The notes under the pieces: generated by a model
Told to the model about the DNA's origin: nothing
The model's input: the letters and a program-made list of their open reading frames with translations, nothing else
Database searches by the model: none
Program-made: the position numbers and the translations under genes
Shown here: positions 8,250-16,224 of the stretch, one piece after another
Layout: the number at the start of each line of letters is the position of its first letter
How positions within the stretch are numbered: the stretch's first letter is position 1
IMG/VR virus record: IMGVR_UViG_3300020042_009962
DNA from: an uncultured virus (IMG/VR IMGVR_UViG_3300020042_009962)
Taxonomy: Duplodnaviria; Heunggongvirae; Uroviricota; Caudoviricetes
Length of the DNA: 20,000 nt
Strand: one strand, 5' to 3'

Positions 8250-9824
8250 ATGTCACAACAAGATATTAAACAAATAGTAGCACAGGAGTATGTAAAGTGT
8301 GCAAAAGATCCTGCATACTTCATGAAGAAGTATTGCTACATTCAACATCCAACTAGAGGTAGAATCTTATTCAACCTATACCCATTCCAAGAAGGAGTAT
8401 TACATTTATTCAGAGATGAAAAGATGTTAATAACTCTAAAATCAAGACAGTTAGGAATATCTACATTAGCCTCAGCATATGCTCTATGGTTAATGATCTT
8501 CCATAAAGATAAAAACGTACTAGCACTTGCAATTACCCAAGCAACAGCTAGAAACCTTGTAACTAAAACGATTTTCATGTATGAGAATCTGCCAAAATGG
8601 TTACAACTACCTTTTACAGAGAAGAATAAATTATCTTTAAGACTTAAAAACGGTTCTAAAATAACAGCTAAATCATCTAATGCAGATGCAGCTCGTTCTG
8701 AAGCGGTATCATTATTATTAATAGATGAGGCAGCTTTTATCGATAACATTGAAGAAACCTTTACTGCAGCTCAACAAACTCTTGCTACCGGAGGTCAATG
8801 TATGGCCCTATCTACTCCAAATGGTGTAGGAAACTGGTTCCATAAAACATGGGAAAAAGCAGAAGCAGGAGAGAATGGATTTGTACCTGTTAAACTAAAA
8901 TGGGATGTGCATCCTGAGAGAGCTCAAGACTGGAGAGATGAACAATCAAGGCAGTTAGGAGAGAAAATGGCAGCACAGGAATGTGACTGTGACTTTCTAT
9001 CATCTGGAGATTCAGTAATTGAGGTTGAAAATATGGCTTTTTACGAAGAGACATATGTAAAAGAACCAATGGAAAAGAGAGGTGTAGATGGAAATCTTTG
9101 GATATGGGAATCACCTGACTATCAAAAATCTTATATGGTTGTAGCCGATGTCGCTAGAGGAGACTCTACTGACTACTCTGGCTTCCATGTCTTTGATATT
9201 GAAAGCTGTACCCAAGTAGCAGAATATAAAGGAAAGATATCTCCTAAAGAATACGGAAACGTATTGGTAGGAATAGCTACAGAGTACTGCGATGCACTTC
9301 TAGTAGTAGAGAATGCCAATATTGGATGGTCAACCATTGAACAAATACTATCCAGAGAATATAAAAACCTGTACTATTCATCAAGATCAGATAATGAGAC
9401 AGTTGAATCATATATGGCCAAATATGAAAGAGATAAATTAGTACCAGGATTTACAATGTCTCTTAAGACAAGACCATTAGTTATCGCTAAGATGACTGAG
9501 TACATACGTGAAAGATCGGTTATAGTGCAGTCTAAGAGATTGTTAGCTGAAATGAGAGTATTCATATGGAGAAATGGTAAAGCACAGGCACAGTCAGGGT
9601 ATAATGATGATTTAATTATGGCTTTTGCTACAGCTTTGTATGTTAGAGATACAGCTATCCGTATGAGACAACAAGGAATGGATCTTTCAAGAGCTACAAT
9701 GAATGCTTTTGTTGGATTGAATCAAAGAGACTCTGGCGTATATAATGTTGCTCCTATGCGTAATAATCCTTATCTTATGGAGACGCCGCATGGTCAAGAG
9801 GACTTAACCTGGCTATTAGGATAA
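8250..9824 (+). CDS. terL: Terminase large subunit (T4 gp17-like)
   Basis: Walker A KSRQLGIST, Walker B LLLIDEAAF, coupling motif STPNG, and RNase H-like nuclease acidic residues VADVARG...DYS...NDDLIMAFA. Confidence 0.96.
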   Translation: MSQQDIKQIVAQEYVKCAKDPAYFMKKYCYIQHPTRGRILFNLYPFQEGVLHLFRDEKMLITLKSRQLGISTLASAYALWLMIFHKDKNVLALAITQATARNLVTKTIFMYENLPKWLQLPFTEKNKLSLRLKNGSKITAKSSNADAARSEAVSLLLIDEAAFIDNIEETFTAAQQTLATGGQCMALSTPNGVGNWFHKTWEKAEAGENGFVPVKLKWDVHPERAQDWRDEQSRQLGEKMAAQECDCDFLSSGDSVIEVENMAFYEETYVKEPMEKRGVDGNLWIWESPDYQKSYMVVADVARGDSTDYSGFHVFDIESCTQVAEYKGKISPKEYGNVLVGIATEYCDALLVVENANIGWSTIEQILSREYKNLYYSSRSDNETVESYMAKYERDKLVPGFTMSLKTRPLVIAKMTEYIRERSVIVQSKRLLAEMRVFIWRNGKAQAQSGYNDDLIMAFATALYVRDTAIRMRQQGMDLSRATMNAFVGLNQRDSGVYNVAPMRNNPYLMETPHGQEDLTWLLG

Positions 9825-9829
9825 GTTAC

Positions 9830-9837
9830 TATTTATA
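9830..9837 (+). promoter_or_regulatory. TATTTATA putative late promoter motif
   Basis: Intergenic, about 18 nt before the portal ATG. Confidence 0.6.
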
Positions 9838-9854
9838 AATAAAACATTTTTAAA

Positions 9855-11708
9855 ATGGCAGAAAGAAATTTATTTAACTCACTTCAGAGGTTATTCTCAA
9901 CTGATATATTAGTTAGAAACATAGGAGGGGACGAGTTAAAGATTGCTGATATTAATCACATTCAATCAACAGGGAAGTATCAAACCAATTCGCTATTGGA
10001 TAGATTCTCTCGTCTTTATATTTACAATAATAAGAATATCTTTAACCCAAACCTTAATTACCAGACATTAAGGATACAACTATACTCAGATTATGAAGCA
10101 ATGGATTCCGATCCACTTATTGCTTCTACTTTAGATATACTAGCAGATGAGTCTACGCTGAAGAGTGCAATGGGAGAGGTTCTTTCAATTAAATCTACAG
10201 ATGAAAATATACAAAGAGTCCTTTATAATCTATACTACGATGTATTAAATATCGAATTTAACCTATGGTCATGGGTTAGAAATATGTGTAAGTACGGAGA
10301 CTTCTTTTTAAAATTAGAGATATCAGAAAAATTTGGAGTTTATAATGTTCTTCCTTATACAGTTTACCATATGGTACGACATGAGGGGATGGATAAAGAA
10401 GATCCAACCAAAGTAACATTCTCAATCGATCCAGACGGATTAGCTTCTTCATCAGATCCAAACTATATTCCAAATAATAGTAAATCAGTTATCGCTTTAG
10501 ATAATTACGAAGTAGCTCATTTCAGATTACTATCAGATACAAACTACCTTCCTTATGGTAGAGCTTATATTGAACCAGCTAGAAAAATTTACAAGCAATT
10601 GACTTTAATGGAGGATGCAATGTTGATTCACAGAATCATGAGAGCTCCTGAGAAGAGAATGTTCTATATTAACGTAGGATCTATTCCACCTAATGAAGTT
10701 GAGCAGTTCATGCAAAAAACAATCAACAATATTAAGAAAACTCCTTATGTAGATCCACAAACAGGTCAATATAACTTGAAATTCAACATGCAGAACATGA
10801 TGGAGGATTTCTACTTACCAGTTAGAGGAGGAGATACATCTACAAGAATTGAGACTACTAAAGGATTAGAGTATGATGGTACAAACGATATCGAATACTT
10901 AAGAGATAAAATGTTTGCTGCATTAAAAGTGCCTAAAGCATATTTTGGATTTGAAAAAGACCTTACAGGTAAAGCAACTCTTGCAGCAGAAGATATTCGT
11001 TTTGCTAGAACAGTAGAAAGAATTCAAAGAATTGTAGAAAGTGAATTAACTAAAATTGGTTTAGTACATCTATATTCACAAGGATTCGATAAAGAGTCTT
11101 TAGTAAACTTTGAAATTAAATTAACTACTCCTTCTATCATTTATGAACAAGAAAAAGTAGCACTTTGGAAAGAAAAAATTGACTTAGCAACTCAAATGCA
11201 AGCAACTAAATTATTCTCTTCAGATTACATCTACGATATGCTATTTGATATCTCAGAAGATAAGTATAACGAAATGAGAGAACTTATTAGAGAAGATGCT
11301 AAAAGAGAATTTAGAATATCTCAAATTGAAAACGAAGGAAACGATCCAGTAGCAACAGGACAATCTTTTGGAACACCTCACGATTTAGCTTCAATCTACG
11401 GAAGAGAGCAAGGTGAATTACCGGCAGGGTATGATGAAACCAAACCTGGAAGACCTAGAGAGAAAATGTCTATACTAGGTACAAATGCAGACCCTGTAGG
11501 AGGAAGAGATAGATTAGGAGTTCAAGGAATGAAAGGCGGCTTTCCAAGTGATAATGAAAATGTAAAAGAAAACATAAACAATACAATGTCAGTTTTTCTT
11601 AGAAACAAAAATATATTTATTCCTAAAAAGCAAAATATCTTTGAAGAAGAAGCAGAGAAAGAATCGGATCTCTTAAATGAAGAGAATATTAAAGATTTAG
11701 ATAATTAA
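9855..11708 (+). CDS. gp20: Portal protein (T4 gp20-like)
   Basis: LMEDAMLIHRIMRAPEKRMFYINVG, MMEDFYLPVRGG and DIEYLRDKMFAALKVPK are gp20-family signatures; follows terL. Confidence 0.93.
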   Translation: MAERNLFNSLQRLFSTDILVRNIGGDELKIADINHIQSTGKYQTNSLLDRFSRLYIYNNKNIFNPNLNYQTLRIQLYSDYEAMDSDPLIASTLDILADESTLKSAMGEVLSIKSTDENIQRVLYNLYYDVLNIEFNLWSWVRNMCKYGDFFLKLEISEKFGVYNVLPYTVYHMVRHEGMDKEDPTKVTFSIDPDGLASSSDPNYIPNNSKSVIALDNYEVAHFRLLSDTNYLPYGRAYIEPARKIYKQLTLMEDAMLIHRIMRAPEKRMFYINVGSIPPNEVEQFMQKTINNIKKTPYVDPQTGQYNLKFNMQNMMEDFYLPVRGGDTSTRIETTKGLEYDGTNDIEYLRDKMFAALKVPKAYFGFEKDLTGKATLAAEDIRFARTVERIQRIVESELTKIGLVHLYSQGFDKESLVNFEIKLTTPSIIYEQEKVALWKEKIDLATQMQATKLFSSDYIYDMLFDISEDKYNEMRELIREDAKREFRISQIENEGNDPVATGQSFGTPHDLASIYGREQGELPAGYDETKPGRPREKMSILGTNADPVGGRDRLGVQGMKGGFPSDNENVKENINNTMSVFLRNKNIFIPKKQNIFEEEAEKESDLLNEENIKDLDN

Positions 11709-11712
11709 GCAC

Positions 11713-11720
11713 TATTTATA
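11713..11720 (+). promoter_or_regulatory. TATTTATA putative late promoter motif
   Basis: Intergenic, about 18 nt before ATG 11738. Confidence 0.6.
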
Positions 11721-11737
11721 ACAAAGACATACCTAAG

Positions 11738-12592
11738 ATGCGTATTAAACACAGTAAGTATAAAAACACAGGCTTAATATTTGAACTATTAGTAAAGCAA
11801 ATAGCAGCGGATACCTTATCTAAAAGAGACTCCCCGGCATTGACAGTACTAAGAAAATTTTATACAGGAAACACAACACTAGTAAGAGAGTTTAAATTAT
11901 ACGATTTTGTACTAAAAAATAAGGGCGTAGGTCCTAAAAAAGCAGAATCAATACTTAGCACCATTGTAGAGATTTCTAGAAAACTAGATGTAAAATCTCT
12001 TAGTAAGCAAAAATATGAGCTTATAAAAGAACTTAAAAGTCATTATGACTTAGAAGAGTTCTTCTCTATTAAAATAGAGACTTACAAACCACTAGCAGCT
12101 TTGTATTGTTTAATGGAAGCACAAAATGCAGCAGGTCTTGTAGATCTAGACGTATTTGTTGATAATAAGACTACGATACTTGAACACCTAACGCAAAGTA
12201 AATCAGCAGCAGGTCAAGTAAAAAATGCTTTAATTGAAGAGTATTCTAAATATGATAAAGATTTAAGACTTTTAACATACAAGATATTACTAGAAAAATT
12301 TAATCATCAATATAAAGATTTACTTCCAGAGCAAAAAAATATTTTAAAAGAATTTATAGTATCAGTTAATTCTTCTACAAGATTAAGAAACGTAGTAAAC
12401 GAAGAAATGACTAAATTACAAGTAGAGATTTCTAAATTAAAAAAGAATATTACTGATAAAGTAGTAAAAATTAAATTAGAAGAGATTCAAAAAGTAATTG
12501 TTCCTATAAAAAATACTCAAAAAGTAGATGACAATCATTTAGTTTCATTAATGCAGTACTATGAATTAGTAAATGAGTTAAGAAATTTATGA
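11738..12592 (+). CDS. Hypothetical helical protein in the head module (possible prohead core component)
   Basis: 284-aa ORF between portal and protease; function inferred from position only. Confidence 0.65.
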   Translation: MRIKHSKYKNTGLIFELLVKQIAADTLSKRDSPALTVLRKFYTGNTTLVREFKLYDFVLKNKGVGPKKAESILSTIVEISRKLDVKSLSKQKYELIKELKSHYDLEEFFSIKIETYKPLAALYCLMEAQNAAGLVDLDVFVDNKTTILEHLTQSKSAAGQVKNALIEEYSKYDKDLRLLTYKILLEKFNHQYKDLLPEQKNILKEFIVSVNSSTRLRNVVNEEMTKLQVEISKLKKNITDKVVKIKLEEIQKVIVPIKNTQKVDDNHLVSLMQYYELVNELRNL

Positions 12593-12810
12593 AAAGATCG
12601 GCAATAGTACAAGCGGTACAGGAAGTATTAGAAGAAATGTCGACAACAGCGGGAGCTGGAGGATATCTTACAAAATATGCTTTCTCAAAAAAAGGGCAAG
12701 GTAAGAATGTAGCTACTAAGACGGCTGAAAAATTAGGTTATAAAACAGTTGAAAGACCAAAACGTCCTTCGCACACAAAAATGTTTGATTACTTAGACGA
12801 AAATAAATAA
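12589..12810 (+). CDS. Small hypothetical protein, putative internal head protein
   Basis: ATGA overlap with the upstream stop; leader MKRSAIVQAVQEVLEEM followed by a basic peptide. Confidence 0.7.
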   Translation: MKRSAIVQAVQEVLEEMSTTAGAGGYLTKYAFSKKGQGKNVATKTAEKLGYKTVERPKRPSHTKMFDYLDENK

Positions 12811-12811
12811 T

Positions 12812-13765
12812 ATGAGAACTTTACAAGAAAAATATAACGGAATTCAAGAGGGAAAATTCTCTAAAGAACATTTCTTAGCTGAAGCTAGAATGCAACTTCC
12901 AAACCTAATAACTCGTTTCAACGGGTACGATGATGCTGTTCAGATTTTAAAGAACAGGGGAATGATTCAAGAAGCTAGAGTAGAAGAAGCTAGGCTTACT
13001 AAAAACAATCTAACAGATTACAGATATAAACCAACCAACGAAATGGATAAGTATCCATACGAACAAATTCTTAGAGGAATTAGAGTTGAGTTAGAGGTAG
13101 CAGGAGTTTTTGGAACACCAACAGCAGAAGAATATGCAAAAGCATTAGCAAAAGTATCTAAAAACTTAGCAAAAGACTCAATCTTCTATACTAATCAATT
13201 AGCAGGAGTTAATCCAAAAGTAGACTTACACGACAAAATGGTTCCTGTAACAGCAAAAAATTCTGTTGACACTTTTAACGGTATGAAAAAAGCTGAACTA
13301 AAAGAAGGATTTAAAAAACTTATCAAAAAAGTATTATCTGAAGAGAAAATTGAGGTTGAAGACTACAACGGTGACGATGAGTTTGAAATGTACGGAGATG
13401 ATGAAGCAGATGATATTCCACATCCAAGAGGGTATGAAGACCAAGACGAAATCGACTACGATGATGAAAACTTCTCAGATCCTTTTATTGATGGAGATTT
13501 AGAAGAAGCCACAGATACAGAAGCTGATAAAGCTATGGTTCGTAAATTAATGACAATGTACGAAACGGAACCTTCTAAATTTGAAAGATTACATAAACAA
13601 GCTCAAACACAAGCATCTACTTCTGAGGATATTAAATTTAAACATTTATTATCTCTAATTGATAGAGCAAAAGCAGGAGCTTTACAGAGTTTATCAAATC
13701 AAGATAAACGTCAAGCTGATAGCGAAGGAATAGATGAAACAGTATCCTTAACAGATCTAATATAA
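12812..13765 (+). CDS. Acidic hypothetical protein (possible prohead core or internal protein) with a degenerate DUF5661-like segment
   Basis: RGIRVELE...KNLAKDSIFYT resembles the 3774 module; D/E-rich tract; stop overlaps the protease start (TAATG). Confidence 0.65.
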   Translation: MRTLQEKYNGIQEGKFSKEHFLAEARMQLPNLITRFNGYDDAVQILKNRGMIQEARVEEARLTKNNLTDYRYKPTNEMDKYPYEQILRGIRVELEVAGVFGTPTAEEYAKALAKVSKNLAKDSIFYTNQLAGVNPKVDLHDKMVPVTAKNSVDTFNGMKKAELKEGFKKLIKKVLSEEKIEVEDYNGDDEFEMYGDDEADDIPHPRGYEDQDEIDYDDENFSDPFIDGDLEEATDTEADKAMVRKLMTMYETEPSKFERLHKQAQTQASTSEDIKFKHLLSLIDRAKAGALQSLSNQDKRQADSEGIDETVSLTDLI

Positions 13766-14346
13766 TGAACAATCCACTATTAATAAATGTAACTCCTTTC
13801 AAAGGACTTCTTACCGAATCAAAAACCAGACCAGGGATCTTTGAGGTAACAGGTATTATGCAAAGAGCAGGAGCAAAGAATCAAAACGGAAGAATCTACA
13901 AAAGAGAAATACTTGAGGAAGAAGTAAAAAACTATGTAGAGAATTTTGTTAAAGTTGGAAATGCTTACGGAGAATTGGATCATCCAGAATCAGCAATTGT
14001 ATCTTTAAAAAATGCATCACATGTTGTAAAGGAATTATGGTGGGATGGAGATGATTTAATGGGTAAAGTAGAATTATTAAACACACCTTCAGGAAATATC
14101 GTAAAAGAAATCTTAAAAGGAGGACATACAATAGGAATATCTTCAAGAGGAACAGGATCAGTATCTCAAACAAATGAAGGAACTTTAATGGTTCAACCAG
14201 ACTTTGAATTAGTATGCTGGGATTTTGTTTCTAATCCTTCTACACAAGGAGCATTTATGAATCCAATCTCTTTAAACGAAGGAAAACAAGCAGCAGGAAA
14301 ATATGATAGATTAGATTCTATTATTAACAATATATTAAGAGCATAA
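13765..14346 (+). CDS. gp21: Prohead maturation protease (T4 gp21-like)
   Basis: NQNGRIY, GELDHP (catalytic His), GISSRGTG (catalytic Ser) and WDFVSNPST. Confidence 0.95.
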   Translation: MNNPLLINVTPFKGLLTESKTRPGIFEVTGIMQRAGAKNQNGRIYKREILEEEVKNYVENFVKVGNAYGELDHPESAIVSLKNASHVVKELWWDGDDLMGKVELLNTPSGNIVKEILKGGHTIGISSRGTGSVSQTNEGTLMVQPDFELVCWDFVSNPSTQGAFMNPISLNEGKQAAGKYDRLDSIINNILRA

Positions 14347-14585
14347 TGGAAAATAATTTCGACATACATAATTGGCAAGCTAAGCACTTATCAAAATTAA
14401 TAAAAGAAAATACAGTTCAAGAAAGTGAAGGGTACGTAGAGGTAATGGGACCTGATTTTGATCAAGCAATAAACCTACTACAATCAGCTTGGGAAGAATG
14501 GAAAAACGGACGAGCAACAGAGCCAGAAGATATTCCTCAAGCAAAACAAGACATACTAGACTACGTAGCAAGTCTTTTAAAATAA
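14346..14585 (+). CDS. Small acidic hypothetical protein, putative internal head protein
   Basis: TAATG-coupled to the protease gene; leader MENNFDIHNWQAKHLSKLIKEN resembles the 6961 and 7852 leaders. Confidence 0.7.
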   Translation: MENNFDIHNWQAKHLSKLIKENTVQESEGYVEVMGPDFDQAINLLQSAWEEWKNGRATEPEDIPQAKQDILDYVASLLK

Positions 14586-14590
14586 AACAC

Positions 14591-14617
14591 AGCCCACCCC
14601 ATAAAGGTGGGTTTTTT
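14591..14617 (+). terminator. Rho-independent terminator
   Basis: AGCCCACC-CCATAAA-GGTGGGTT plus T-run; nearly identical to 8187-8215. Confidence 0.85.
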
Positions 14618-14637
14618 ATGTTTTAAAAATATATGTA

Positions 14638-14644
14638 TATTTAT
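14638..14644 (+). promoter_or_regulatory. TATTTAT putative late promoter of the scaffold-capsid operon
   Basis: Directly after the terminator; 102 nt before ATG 14747. Confidence 0.55.
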
Positions 14645-14652
14645 TTAAGAAT

Positions 14653-14724
14653 ATATCACGACACTTATGTGATATCTACTATAAAGTAAAATATTATTAC
14701 GTCTCACATACTACAATAGACGTA
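14653..14724 (+). promoter_or_regulatory. Structured 5' leader with two 7-bp inverted repeats
   Basis: ATATCAC(14653-59)/GTGATAT(14669-75) and TACGTCT(14698-704)/AGACGTA(14718-24). Confidence 0.45.
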
Positions 14725-14746
14725 CGACAAACAAACACAAATCAAA

Positions 14747-16201
14747 ATGTCAAACAAAGATTTATTAAAGCAAGCTATTGCTGAAGCGAAAACTATTCGT
14801 GAAGCTGCAATTGCTAACGCTAAAGAAGCTTTAGAAGAAACATTAACTCCACACCTAAAAGAAATGCTTGCTCAAAAATTGCAAGAAATGGAAGATAAGG
14901 AAGATGAGGAAATGACAGAAGAAACAATCAACAACCCAGAAACAGAAACTGCACACGGTAACGTAGCAGAAGCTGAAGAAGAGGAAGAAGAGGAAAACGA
15001 AGAAGAAGCTGGCGAAGAAGAAGGTAACGAAGAAGAAGGAGAAGAGGAAGAAGTAGAAATCGAAGACATGTCTATCGAGGACTTAAAAGATCTTATCCGT
15101 GATATCGTTTCACAAGAAGTAGGTCATGACGAATCAGAAGAAGAATTACCAGGTGAAGAAGCTCCAGAAGCAGACATGGTAAGCATGGACGGTGATTCAG
15201 AAGAAATCGACATTAACGAACTATTAGCAGAGTTAAACGAAATGGACAAAGAAGAGGTTAAAGAAGGTGAATTAAACGAATTATCACCAGAGTACATCGC
15301 AGGAGCAGCACAGCTTGTTGAAATGTTTCCATTCTTAACCATGTCAAGCGCATCATTAGTTATAGGAGCTTTAGGATCAGTAGGTCTTATAGGATTTTCT
15401 GCAATTGTTTCTAAAGTACAAGATATGGCTCTAGCAGGAAAATTTGGAGCGGCAGGTAAATCTTTTGCTGAAAAATTACAAGCAGCCGGAGGAGCAGCAG
15501 CAGCAGCAACTCAACATCGTCAAAGAGAAGGAGTTGAAGAAAGTATGAAAGATAAGAAAGGTATGGAAGAGATGAGTCATGAGTCAGATAAAATAGATGA
15601 AAACATCGATATTATCTACCAACTTGTTGATGCTTTCCCATTCTTAACTCGTTCTACAGCAGAATTATTAGTTGGTACTTTAGGAGCAGTAGGTCTTACA
15701 GGATTATCGGTTATTATGGCTAAAGTACACCAAATGGCTAAAGACGGAGTTTTTGGTGAAAAAGGAAAACAAATCGGAGATAAATTAACCGATATAGGTA
15801 GTGCAGCAGCTTCTGCAAGAAACGTATCTGAAGAGTCTGAAGAATTAAACGAAGCTTTAAAGACAGTTAAAATCTTAAGAAACCAACTTCAAGAAGTTAA
15901 TCTTCTAAATGCAAAATTACTTTATGTAAATAAAGTATTCAAATCAACTAACTTATCTGAAGGTCAAAAAGTAAATGTTATCGCAGCATTTGATAAAGCC
16001 GAAACAGTTAAAGAAGTAAAATTAGTTTTCGAAACAGTTTCTAAAAATGTAGTTGCTAAACCAGCCGCATTAAAAGAGCATAGATCTTTTGCTTCTAAAG
16101 CAACAGGTAACGCACAAACAACTGCACCAAAACAGATCTTATCTGAAGTAGATGAGCAAGTTCAAAGATGGCAGAAGTTAGCAGGAATTATTAAATCATA
16201 A
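14747..16201 (+). CDS. Prohead scaffolding/core protein (gp22 position) with a hydrophobic tandem-repeat insert
   Basis: Between protease and MCP; very acidic with poly-E tracts and coiled-coil N- and C-terminal regions; C-terminus RWQKLAGIIKS. Confidence 0.75.
   Translation: MSNKDLLKQAIAEAKTIREAAIANAKEALEETLTPHLKEMLAQKLQEMEDKEDEEMTEETINNPETETAHGNVAEAEEEEEEENEEEAGEEEGNEEEGEEEEVEIEDMSIEDLKDLIRDIVSQEVGHDESEEELPGEEAPEADMVSMDGDSEEIDINELLAELNEMDKEEVKEGELNELSPEYIAGAAQLVEMFPFLTMSSASLVIGALGSVGLIGFSAIVSKVQDMALAGKFGAAGKSFAEKLQAAGGAAAAATQHRQREGVEESMKDKKGMEEMSHESDKIDENIDIIYQLVDAFPFLTRSTAELLVGTLGAVGLTGLSVIMAKVHQMAKDGVFGEKGKQIGDKLTDIGSAAASARNVSEESEELNEALKTVKILRNQLQEVNLLNAKLLYVNKVFKSTNLSEGQKVNVIAAFDKAETVKEVKLVFETVSKNVVAKPAALKEHRSFASKATGNAQTTAPKQILSEVDEQVQRWQKLAGIIKS
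15311..15817 (+). repeat. Intragenic duplication of a 66-codon hydrophobic unit (15311-15508 and 15620-15817)
   Basis: QLVEMFPFLT...GGAAAAA versus QLVDAFPFLT...GSAAASA; 36/66 identical residues, ungapped, by manual alignment. Confidence 0.9.
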
Positions 16202-16224
16202 AAATAAAAAACAAAAACAACCAA

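Noticed and set aside
8250..11708. Introns or inteins in terL or portal; stop-codon reassignment
   Set aside because: Both ORFs are continuous, of ordinary length and have motifs in normal spacing; genes tile densely under the standard code.
14965..15065. GAA-rich simple repeat
   Set aside because: It encodes the poly-Glu tract of the scaffold and is not a separate element.
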